Shown here: piece after piece, positions 11,426 to 19,498 of the stretch | Position numbering within the stretch: the stretch's first letter is position 1 | Layout: the number at the start of each line of letters is the position of its first letter | Assembly (NCBI GenBank): GCA_020440705.1 | Contig: JAGRNP010000002.1 | Span: 1,873 to 65,872 of the forward strand | Source of the DNA: a bacterium | GTDB lineage: Bacteria > Krumholzibacteriota > Krumholzibacteriia > LZORAL124-64-63 | Direction: 5' to 3' | DNA: 64,000 bases | Notes under the pieces: model-generated | Database searches by the model: none | Seen by the model: only the letters and a program-made list of their open reading frames with translations | What the model was told of the DNA's origin: nothing | Translations under genes and position numbers: made by a program

Positions 11426-12874
11426 ATGAACGACGACAAGACTTGGTTGATCGAGGCCGGGGACGTCCTGGAAGTCATGACCCCCGACAGGAAACCGACG
11501 CAACCCGCGCCGCGCCCGCGCGCCGAGGTGAAGATCGGCAACATCCCGCCCGCGCCGGCGAGCCAGCGCCCGGCCTTGGCGGCCACGGGCGTGCCCATCC
11601 GGCCGCTGACGGCGGTCGCCACGCCCGGCGAGCCCGCCCCGCGTCGCAAAAAGCCCGCGCCGCCGGCCAAGGGGAAGTTGCAGTTTGCCCCGCTGGCGCT
11701 GCTGACGTACGTGCTCGGACCCCTCGCGCTCTTCCTGACGCCCCGCGGGCGCCGGCAGAAGGGCTGGGTGGCCGTGGCCGGCCTGGCGGTCGGCGCCACG
11801 GCGCTGCTGGCGGGGCTGGGCTTCGACGGCATCGTCGACGCCTCGCGACCGGCGACCGTCTGGGCCTGGCTCGGACTCGTGGTGCTGGCCGTGGCCGGCG
11901 GCTTCACGGCCTGGGCGCGCGCCCTGCACCTGATCGGTGCCGAGGGCATCCCGAGCGTGAACAAGCTGCCCTGGTGGGTGCGCCGCGCCTGGACCGTCAG
12001 CGGTCTCGGCCTGGTGGCTCCCGGTTCCGGCCTGCTCATGAGCGGTCGCGCCGGCCGCGCGGCCCTGGTGCTGTGGGGCGCCTGGCCCGTGGTGGCCGCG
12101 GCGGTGCTGCTGCGGAACGGCCTGTCCCTGTGGCGCCACCACGAGACGGCCGGCTGGCTCGCCGACCACGGCGTCCTGCTCGAGCGCGGCCTGATCGCCG
12201 TCGCCGCCGTGGTCGCCCTGGGCTTCCTCGGCTACGTGGCCCAGGCCCTCGAGGGCGTCCGCCAGGTGATGGTCGAGCCCGGCCTGAAGACGCGCGTCAA
12301 GGGCGACTACTACGCCGTGGCGGTCATGGCCTTCGCCCTGGCCCTGGTCGTGGTGGCGAACCCGGCCCAGCTCGCCCGCCAGATCGACACCGGCGGCCAC
12401 ATCCTGCGCGAAGAGGGCTTCCGCGCGATCCCCCTCGAACTGAGCCTGCTCTCGGCGCGCCTCGATCCGGCCCGGGTCGAGTACGCCCTGCAGGCCATGG
12501 ACCTGTACAGCGAACTCGGCGCCCACGAGCAGGCCGACGCCATGCGGGCCCAGCTCGACGCCAACCTCGGCCGCTACGTGGCCCTGGTGCAGCGCGAGGC
12601 GGTCAGCGAGTTCGGCCTCGCCCGCGCGGAACCGACCCGCACGCGGCCGGCCCGGGCGGCCGCGGTCGAGACGCCGGTCCAGGTGCGCACCGAGCCGACC
12701 CGCACGGTCGAGACCGCCGCGCCGGCGGTCGAGGTCACGGCGGCGCCGCCGGCCGAGCCGGTGGTCGAGAAGATCGAGCCCCTGCCGGTGGGCCTGAACG
12801 CCACCTGGTACCTCGGGGCCATGATGAAGGGCGCGCGCGGTTCGGCGCCCGACTCGTCGGCGCCCGGCAAGTAG
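11426..12874 (+). CDS. hypothetical polytopic membrane protein
   Basis: ATG 11426 lies in the frame of track ORF 10091..12874. A Pro/Ala-rich cytoplasmic N-terminus is followed by at least 8 hydrophobic helices and an Ala-rich C-terminal tail. No known motif. Confidence 0.55.
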   Translation: MNDDKTWLIEAGDVLEVMTPDRKPTQPAPRPRAEVKIGNIPPAPASQRPALAATGVPIRPLTAVATPGEPAPRRKKPAPPAKGKLQFAPLALLTYVLGPLALFLTPRGRRQKGWVAVAGLAVGATALLAGLGFDGIVDASRPATVWAWLGLVVLAVAGGFTAWARALHLIGAEGIPSVNKLPWWVRRAWTVSGLGLVAPGSGLLMSGRAGRAALVLWGAWPVVAAAVLLRNGLSLWRHHETAGWLADHGVLLERGLIAVAAVVALGFLGYVAQALEGVRQVMVEPGLKTRVKGDYYAVAVMAFALALVVVANPAQLARQIDTGGHILREEGFRAIPLELSLLSARLDPARVEYALQAMDLYSELGAHEQADAMRAQLDANLGRYVALVQREAVSEFGLARAEPTRTRPARAAAVETPVQVRTEPTRTVETAAPAVEVTAAPPAEPVVEKIEPLPVGLNATWYLGAMMKGARGSAPDSSAPGK

Positions 12875-12948
12875 CGGACGCGACGCTCCCGGCCACGCCC
12901 GGGAAATCTCTCCTCGTCAACCCGGGGGAGAGCAGGCAGACTCGGCCC

Positions 12949-14067
12949 ATGAAGACCGAACGCCTGCTCTCCCTCGACGTCTTCCGGGGCCTGACCGTGG
13001 CCCTGATGATCCTCGTCAACAACCCCGGCTCGTGGGCCCACATCCACCCGCCGCTGCGCCACGCCGCCTGGCACGGCTGGACGCCCACCGATCTGGTCTT
13101 CCCGTTCTTCCTCTTCGCCGTCGGCGCCGCCATCAGCCTGGCTTTCGCGCGCCGCCGCGCCCACGGGGCCACGCCCGCCGACCTGCGCCGCAAGATCGCC
13201 GTGCGCACGGCGGCCATCTTCGTCGTGGGCCTGCTCCTGAACGGATTCCCCTACACCGAACCCGCCCATTGGCGCTGGTGGGGCGTGCTGCAGCGCATCG
13301 CCCTCTGCTACGGCGCGGCGGCCCTCGTGGTCGTCGCCACGGCGGACACGCGGCGCCGGCTCGCCGTCGCCGGCGCCGCCCTGCTCGCCTACGAACTCCT
13401 CATGCGCCTGCCCCTCGTCGCCGGCTGGGGCGGCGGCAGCTTCGCCCTCGCCGACAACTTCGTCCGCTGGGTCGACCTGCGGTGGCCCGGCGCGGCCCAC
13501 CTCTACGCGGGGGCCGGCGTGCCCTTCGATCCGGAGGGCCTGGTCTCGACCCTGCCGACGGTGGCGGGCACCCTCGCCGGCGTCTTCGCCGGCGACCTGC
13601 TGCGCGCCCCCGATCCCCTCGCCGGCCGCCTGCGCCGCCTCGCCCTCGCCGGCGTCGTCGCGACCGGGACCGGTCTGGCCCTCGGCCGTCTCGAGCCGGT
13701 CAACAAGCAGCTCTGGACGGTCAGCTACACCGTCCTGACGTCGGGCCTGGCGGCGCTCCTGCTGGCGGCCTGCGCCTGGGCCCTCGACGTGCGGGGCTGG
13801 CGTCGCGGCACCGCGCCCGCCCTCGTGTTCGGCAGCAATGCCCTGCTCGCCTTCGTCGGCTCGGGTCTGCTGGCCCGCGTGCTGGCGCTGATCCGGGTGG
13901 ACGACGGGGACGCCGCCGTCAGCCTCAGGACGTGGCTCTACCGCCATCTCTGCGCCGCGTGGGCGGGGCCGGTGAACGGGTCGCTGGTGTTCGCCCTGGG
14001 CACGGTGGTGCTGTGGTGGGCGCTGCTGCGGGAGCTGCATCGGCGGGGGATCTTCGTGCGGATCTGA
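12949..14067 (+). CDS. heparan-alpha-glucosaminide N-acetyltransferase-like membrane acyltransferase (DUF1624/HGSNAT family)
   Basis: The N-terminus RLLSLDVFRGLTVALMILVNNPGSW is the hallmark of the HGSNAT/DUF1624 family. About 10 TM helices. Confidence 0.6.
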   Translation: MKTERLLSLDVFRGLTVALMILVNNPGSWAHIHPPLRHAAWHGWTPTDLVFPFFLFAVGAAISLAFARRRAHGATPADLRRKIAVRTAAIFVVGLLLNGFPYTEPAHWRWWGVLQRIALCYGAAALVVVATADTRRRLAVAGAALLAYELLMRLPLVAGWGGGSFALADNFVRWVDLRWPGAAHLYAGAGVPFDPEGLVSTLPTVAGTLAGVFAGDLLRAPDPLAGRLRRLALAGVVATGTGLALGRLEPVNKQLWTVSYTVLTSGLAALLLAACAWALDVRGWRRGTAPALVFGSNALLAFVGSGLLARVLALIRVDDGDAAVSLRTWLYRHLCAAWAGPVNGSLVFALGTVVLWWALLRELHRRGIFVRI

Positions 14068-14328
14068 CCTTGCCTCCGTTTTGGGCCGCGGTTATGGTGC
14101 ACGGGCCTCGATGAGCCCCGTCGCATTGTTTTGCTCCCGGGAAATTTTCGTCAGGCGGCCGTCGCGATCCGGGTCCGGGTCGGGACGGTTCCCGATTTCC
14201 CCCGACGGCCGGGGGAAGGAGTCCGGCGCCGTGCCGGGCTGGTTCGAAGCGAGAGGGGTCTCCCGGATTTGGCCGGTGGCCCGCGACGCTTGTGTTTGCC
14301 GGAAGACCGGCACCTGGAGAGATGGAAG

Positions 14329-14637
14329 ATGAAGAAACTGTACGTGGGCAACCTGCCCTTCAGCGCCACCGACGACGAGCTCCGCAACCTGTTCGGCCAG
14401 CACGGCAACGTGCACAGCGTGGCCCTGATCAACGATCGGGAGACCGGCCGTCCCCGGGGCTTCGGCTTCGTGGAGATGGATGACGACGCGGCCGTGGCCG
14501 CCATGCAGGCTCTCGACGGCGCCGACATGGGCGGTCGGGCCCTGCGCGTGAACGAGGCCCAGGAGCGTCAGCGCGGCGGTGGCGGCGGCGGTGGCCGGGG
14601 CTACGGCGGCGGCGGTGGTGGCGGCGGGCGCTGGTAG
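14329..14637 (+). CDS. RRM-type RNA-binding protein with glycine-rich (RGG) tail
   Basis: RNP2 (LYVGNL) and RNP1 (RGFGFVEM) motifs. C-terminal GGGGGGGRGYGGGGGGGG tail. GGAGAG SD upstream. Confidence 0.85.
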   Translation: MKKLYVGNLPFSATDDELRNLFGQHGNVHSVALINDRETGRPRGFGFVEMDDDAAVAAMQALDGADMGGRALRVNEAQERQRGGGGGGGRGYGGGGGGGGRW

Positions 14638-14743
14638 TCCGGACTGTCCGCAGCGCGACCCAGGGGGCAGCGTGATCCGGCGATCGCCGCGCCCCCTCCC
14701 AGGACTCGCGGAGCCCGTGTTCGGGCCCGCTTCCCGTCGGGAA

Positions 14744-14772
14744 CCCCGTCTTCTCCGGAAGGCGGGGTTTTT
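14744..14772 (+). terminator. rho-independent terminator after the RRM gene
   Basis: 10-bp stem CCCCGTCTTC/GAAGGCGGGG (one G-U pair), loop TCCG, then TTTTT. Confidence 0.6.
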
Positions 14773-14802
14773 CCGTCCTCTCACCGAATTCGAACTGGAT
14801 TT

Positions 14803-14834
14803 TTGTCAAATCAACTCAGAAATTGTTGTATAAT
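14803..14834 (+). promoter_or_regulatory. sigma70-like promoter (TTGTCA ... TATAAT) for the secreted nuclease gene
   Basis: TTGTCA at 14803-14808 and a perfect TATAAT at 14829-14834, inside an AT-rich island in a 70% GC background. Spacer is 20 nt, longer than optimal. Confidence 0.4.
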
Positions 14835-14938
14835 TGAGCGGTTCGGGGGATGACCGCGCGGCCGGCTCCGTGCCGGAATGCCGCCTACCGCCAATCCGGA
14901 TTCCGATCTGCACCATTCCAGTTCGAGGGAGTACCATC

Positions 14939-16939
14939 GTGCGCATCACTTCTCTCCGCCCGTCGCTTCGGCCGGCCCTGCTCGTCTTCACCGCGCTCAT
15001 GGTGACGGGCGTCGTCGCCCTGGCGGACGCTCCGGCCGGCTACTACGACACGGTCGACGCCTCGAATGCCCTCAACCTGCGCTCGACCCTGCACGACGTC
15101 ATCGACGACCACACGAAGATCCCCTACACCGCCACGAGCACCGACACCTGGGACGTGCTCGAGGCGGCCGACGAGGATCCCAACGACTCGAGCCGGATCC
15201 TCGACCTGTACCTGAACGCGAGCTACCAGAAGTGGGGCGCGGGCAACGTCGACTACGACCGTGAGCACACCTGGCCCAAGAGCTACGGCTTTCCCAACGA
15301 CGGAACCAACGTCTATCCGTACACGGACTGCCACCAGCTCTTCCTCTGCGACGGCAGCCGCAACGGCTCGCGCGGCAACAAGCCCTTCGGCGCGGTCGGC
15401 GCCTCGGGCACCGAGTACACGACTCTCGTGAACGACGGCGTCGGCGGCGGTTCGGGCGTGTATCCGGGCTGGTCCAACTGGGCCGACGGCACCTACTGGG
15501 AGGTGTGGGCCGATCGCCGCGGCGACATCGCCCGCGCCATGTTCTACATGGACGTGCGCTACGAGGGCGGCACCAACGGCAACAGTGGCGCCGTGGAGCC
15601 CGACCTGATCCTGACCGACAACCTGACCCTCATCGAGAATTCGAACACCGGCAGCAACGAGACGACGGCCTACATGGGGCTGCTCTCGGTGCTCCTGCAG
15701 TGGCACCTCGCGGATCCCGTCGACGCGGGCGAGATGCTGCGCAACGACATCGTCTACGGCTTCCAGGGCAACCGGAACCCCTTCGTCGACCACCCCGATT
15801 GGGCCGAGTGCCTCTTCGGCACCGGTTGCGGCGGCGGCGACGTGACGCCTCCCGCGATCCCGGCCGGCCTGGTCGGCGCCCCCGGCAACGGCGTGGCCCA
15901 CCTCGACTGGAACGACAACGGCGAGGGCGACCTGGCCGGCTACTCGGTCTACCGCTCCACCGTGACGGGCGGCCCCTACTCGAAGCAGAACGTCGGCCTG
16001 GTCGGCGCGAGCCAGTACGACGACAACGCCGTCCTGAACGGCAGCACCTACTTCTACGTGGTCACCGCCACCGACCTGTCGGGCAACGAGTCCGGCTTCT
16101 CGACGGAGACCTCGGTGACGCCGGCCGGCAGCGGCACCGGCGGCCCGGTCGTGTGGGTGAACGAGTTCCACTACGACAACGCCAGCACCGACGTGGGCGA
16201 GTTCTTCGAGATCGCCGGCACCGCGGGCACCAGCCTCGCCGGCTGGTCGCTGATCGGCTACAGCGGCAACGGCGGCCTGCTCTACGACACGATCCCGCTG
16301 TCGGGCGTGCTGCCCGACCAGCAGAACGGCTACGGCACCAGGAGCTTCCTCATGCCCGGCCTGCAGAACGGTGCGCCGGACGGCTTCGCGCTGGTCGACG
16401 ACATGGGCCAGGTCGTGCAGTTCCTCAGCTACGAGGGCACCTTCACCGCCGCGGACGGCGCGGCGTCGGGCCTGCAGTCGATCGACGTCGGCGTGACCGA
16501 GACCAGCGCCACGCCCGCGGGCTTCTCGCTGCAGCTGGTCGGCTCGGGCAGCTCCTACGACGACTTCACCTGGTCGTCGGCCATCGCCGAGACCCCGGAC
16601 CAGCCCAACACCGGCCAGACCTTCATCGGCGTCTCGGCGGTGGGCGACGTGCCCGGGCGCGGCGCGGTGGCGATCTCCGCGGCCTACCCGAACCCGTTCA
16701 ACCCGGCCACCAACATCCGCTGGACCCTGGCCCGTCCCGGCCACGTGCGCATCGCCATCTTCAACGTGAAGGGCGAGCTGGTGCGCACGCTGCTCGACGA
16801 GAGCCACGCCGCGGGCGAGTTCGAGCTGCGCTGGAACGGCCTCTCCGACGCCGGCCGCATGGCCCCCAGCGGGGCCTACTTCTGCCGCATCGCCGGCGGG
16901 GGCCAGGTCGACACGCGGCCGCTGCTGCTGCTGAAGTAG
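14939..16939 (+). CDS. secreted multi-domain nuclease: Endonuclease I domain + fibronectin type III + lamin-tail domain + T9SS-type C-terminal sorting domain
   Basis: GTG start after a GAGGGA SD, then a signal peptide. Endonuclease-I motifs (EHTWPKSYGFPN, GNRNPFVDHPDW). FN3-like segment (TPPAIPAGLVGAPGNGVAHLDWNDNGEGDLAGYSVYRS). Lamin-tail domain (VVWVNEFHYDNASTDVGEFFEI). C-terminal FlgD-Ig/T9SS domain (YPNPFNPATNIRW ... SGAYFCRIAGGG ... LLLLK). Confidence 0.8.
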   Translation: MRITSLRPSLRPALLVFTALMVTGVVALADAPAGYYDTVDASNALNLRSTLHDVIDDHTKIPYTATSTDTWDVLEAADEDPNDSSRILDLYLNASYQKWGAGNVDYDREHTWPKSYGFPNDGTNVYPYTDCHQLFLCDGSRNGSRGNKPFGAVGASGTEYTTLVNDGVGGGSGVYPGWSNWADGTYWEVWADRRGDIARAMFYMDVRYEGGTNGNSGAVEPDLILTDNLTLIENSNTGSNETTAYMGLLSVLLQWHLADPVDAGEMLRNDIVYGFQGNRNPFVDHPDWAECLFGTGCGGGDVTPPAIPAGLVGAPGNGVAHLDWNDNGEGDLAGYSVYRSTVTGGPYSKQNVGLVGASQYDDNAVLNGSTYFYVVTATDLSGNESGFSTETSVTPAGSGTGGPVVWVNEFHYDNASTDVGEFFEIAGTAGTSLAGWSLIGYSGNGGLLYDTIPLSGVLPDQQNGYGTRSFLMPGLQNGAPDGFALVDDMGQVVQFLSYEGTFTAADGAASGLQSIDVGVTETSATPAGFSLQLVGSGSSYDDFTWSSAIAETPDQPNTGQTFIGVSAVGDVPGRGAVAISAAYPNPFNPATNIRWTLARPGHVRIAIFNVKGELVRTLLDESHAAGEFELRWNGLSDAGRMAPSGAYFCRIAGGGQVDTRPLLLLK

Positions 16940-16965
16940 CCGGACGCGCGAACACGAGGCACGTC

Positions 16966-16998
16966 GACGGGGAGCCCGCAGGGGCTCCCCGTCTTCGC
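16966..16998 (+). terminator. terminator hairpin after the nuclease gene
   Basis: Perfect 12-bp stem GACGGGGAGCCC/GGGCTCCCCGTC with loop GCAG. Weak T tract (TTCGC). Confidence 0.5.
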
Positions 16999-17118
16999 AC
17001 GGGAAACCGCCCTGTCGGCCGCGAAACAGGAGAAATCTGGTTCTTTTTGGCCCCCGTTGCGCTACAATGGGAGACCGGAACCGGTCCGCTTCCCATCTCG
17101 CCGCCCCGACAGGTGCCC

Positions 17119-17994
17119 ATGAAGCTGCACGCGAAGCTCAATCTCATCCTGGTGGTGACGTTTGCCCTGGGCCTGGTGCCCGCCGGCTACGTGCTGCGCG
17201 GCCAGTTGCGGGCCAACGCCCGCGACCAGGTCGTGGCCAACGCCCGCATCATGATGGAAACGGCCATGGCCATGCGCAGCTACACCGTCCAGCAGGTCAA
17301 GCCGCTCCTCGCCGACCAGCTCGACCGCACCTTCCTGCCCCAGACGGTGCCCGCCTACTCGGCGACGGAGATCTTCAACACGCTGCGCGAGAGCAATCCC
17401 GACTACACCTACAAGGAAGCCACGCTCAACCCGACCAACCCGCGCAACCGGGCCGTCGACTGGGAGACCGACCTGGTCAACGAGTTCCGCCGCGACGCGC
17501 AGACGGCCGAACTGGTGGGCGAGCGCGACACGCCCCTCGGTCCGGCGCTGTACCTCAGCCACCCCATCCGGGTCAGCGACGCGGCGTGCCTCTCCTGCCA
17601 CACGACGCCGGCCGCCGCGCCGCCGTCCATGCTGGCCCTGTACGGCGAGAACAACGGCTTCGGCTGGAAGATGAACGAGACCATCGGCGCCCAGATCGTG
17701 CAGGTGCCCATGACGACTCCCATCGCCATGGCCGACGACGCCTTCCGCACCCTCATGCTCACCCTGGTGGGCATCTTCGTGGTCGTGCTGCTGCTGCTGA
17801 ACGTGCTGCTGCAGCTGCTCGTGGTGCGGCCGATCCGGCGCCTGGCGCAGATGGCCGACGCCGTCAGCCGCGGCGACCTGGAGGCCGACGAGGTGCGCCT
17901 CGGCGGCGGCGACGAGTTGGGCGTGCTGGCCGATTCGTTCAACCGCATGCGCATCAGCCTGGTGAAGGCCCTCGGCCTGCTCGGGGAGGACTGA
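17119..17994 (+). CDS. DUF3365-type heme-binding (CXXCH) periplasmic sensor with C-terminal HAMP domain
   Basis: ATG 17119 lies in the frame of track ORF 15505..17994. Signal/TM helix, DUF3365-like region with ACLSCH (CXXCH), second TM helix, then HAMP (RPIRRLAQMADAVSRGDLEADEV ... LADSFNRM). It ends 1 nt before the kinase GTG. Confidence 0.65.
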   Translation: MKLHAKLNLILVVTFALGLVPAGYVLRGQLRANARDQVVANARIMMETAMAMRSYTVQQVKPLLADQLDRTFLPQTVPAYSATEIFNTLRESNPDYTYKEATLNPTNPRNRAVDWETDLVNEFRRDAQTAELVGERDTPLGPALYLSHPIRVSDAACLSCHTTPAAAPPSMLALYGENNGFGWKMNETIGAQIVQVPMTTPIAMADDAFRTLMLTLVGIFVVVLLLLNVLLQLLVVRPIRRLAQMADAVSRGDLEADEVRLGGGDELGVLADSFNRMRISLVKALGLLGED

Positions 17995-17995
17995 C

Positions 17996-19480
17996 GTGCG
18001 CCCGGTGTGCCTGCCCGAGAAGTACGAGATCATCGGCACCCTCGGCGAGGGGGGCATGGGCACGGTGTACCACGCGCGCGACCGCATCCTCGACCGCCAG
18101 GTGGCCCTGAAGGTGCTTTCGGACAAGGTGGCCGACGACCCGCAGTTCGTGCAGCGCTTCACCACCGAGGCGCGGGCCGCGGCCAGCCTGAACCACCCGC
18201 ACATCGTCCAGATCTACGAGTTCGGCCAGACGGGGGGCGGCCACTTCCTGGCCATGGAGCTCGTCGACGGCCCCAGCCTCAAGGCCGAGCTCAAACGCCG
18301 CGGCCGCTTCACCGAGGCCCAGACCATCGCGCTGGCGCGCCAGGCCTGCGCCGCGCTCGCGGTGGCCCACGCGGCCAACGTCGTGCACCGCGACATCAAG
18401 CCCGACAACATCATGTTCACCCGCGACGGCCGCCTCAAGCTGGTCGACCTGGGCCTGGCCAAGCGCCTCAGCGACGACAGCGGCCACACCATGACGGGCC
18501 AGAGCATGGGCACGCCCCACTTCATCTCGCCCGAGCAGATCCTCGGCCAGGGCGAGGTCGACGCGCGGGCCGACATCTATTCCCTGGGCGCCACCCTCTA
18601 CTACCTGGCCACCGGTGCGGTGCCCTTCGAGGGCTCGAGCGGTCCGCACATCATGAGCCGCCACCTCAACGACCCGCTGCCCGATCCGCGGCTCAAGGCG
18701 CCCGATCTCGGCGCGGGCTTCTGCCGGGTGCTGGGCCGCATGATGGCCAAGTCGACCCTCGATCGCTACCAGACCGTGGCCGACGTCGACGCCGACCTGC
18801 TGCGCCTGCAGCGCGGGGCCGACCTGGGGCCGGTGGGGCCCGTCGCCTCGGCCGTCGAGGAGACGATCTTCATCTCGTCGCCCGACCTCGCTTCCGACCA
18901 CGACACGGGCATCGGCGCGCCGCCCCTGCCCAGCTGGGACCAGGACGAGCTGCGCCGCATGGCCGACGCCCTGGCCCGCCACGTGGGCCCGGTGGCGCCG
19001 GCGCTGGTGAAGCAGGCCTGCCGCACCGCGTCCACGCGGGCCGAACTCGTCGACCGCCTGGCCGACCAGATCCCCGCCGCCGCCGGCCGCGACACCTTCC
19101 GCGCCAAGTGCGAGCGCCTGGCCGCAGGCGGCGAGACGACCCTCCTGCCCACCGGCCTGGACCTGACCCAGCCCCTGCCCGCCGCCGACCCCGACACCGG
19201 CGCCGACCCGGGGGCCACCGTCGCCATGCCCACCACCGAGATCACCGCCGCCGGCCGCCTCGACGCCGCCGTGCCGCCGGTCTTCCGCCTCGACGCCGCC
19301 ACCGAAGCCCGCGTCGTGGCGGCCCTGGCGGCCCACGTGGGGCCGGTGGCGAAGGTGCTGGTGAAACGGGAGCTGAAGCAGGCACGGGATCTGGGGGACC
19401 TGGCCACGCGGCTGGGCAGCAACGTCGACGACGCCGGTGCCCAGGCCGCCTTCACGAGCCTGGTGCGCGGGCTGGGCTGA
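17996..19480 (+). CDS. Ser/Thr protein kinase with duplicated C-terminal domain of unknown function
   Basis: Hanks kinase motifs: GEGGMGTVY, VALK, HRDIKPDN, DLGLAK, GTPHFISPE. The C-terminus has two copies of a ~60-aa module (LARHVGPVAPALVKQ ... and LAAHVGPVAKVLVKR ...). Confidence 0.85.
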   Translation: MRPVCLPEKYEIIGTLGEGGMGTVYHARDRILDRQVALKVLSDKVADDPQFVQRFTTEARAAASLNHPHIVQIYEFGQTGGGHFLAMELVDGPSLKAELKRRGRFTEAQTIALARQACAALAVAHAANVVHRDIKPDNIMFTRDGRLKLVDLGLAKRLSDDSGHTMTGQSMGTPHFISPEQILGQGEVDARADIYSLGATLYYLATGAVPFEGSSGPHIMSRHLNDPLPDPRLKAPDLGAGFCRVLGRMMAKSTLDRYQTVADVDADLLRLQRGADLGPVGPVASAVEETIFISSPDLASDHDTGIGAPPLPSWDQDELRRMADALARHVGPVAPALVKQACRTASTRAELVDRLADQIPAAAGRDTFRAKCERLAAGGETTLLPTGLDLTQPLPAADPDTGADPGATVAMPTTEITAAGRLDAAVPPVFRLDAATEARVVAALAAHVGPVAKVLVKRELKQARDLGDLATRLGSNVDDAGAQAAFTSLVRGLG

Positions 19481-19498
19481 GCGGCCGTCGGCGCCCGC

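Noticed and set aside
14577-14640. GGC/GGT-rich simple repeat
   Set aside because: It is the coding sequence of the glycine-rich RGG tail of the RRM protein, not an independent repeat element.
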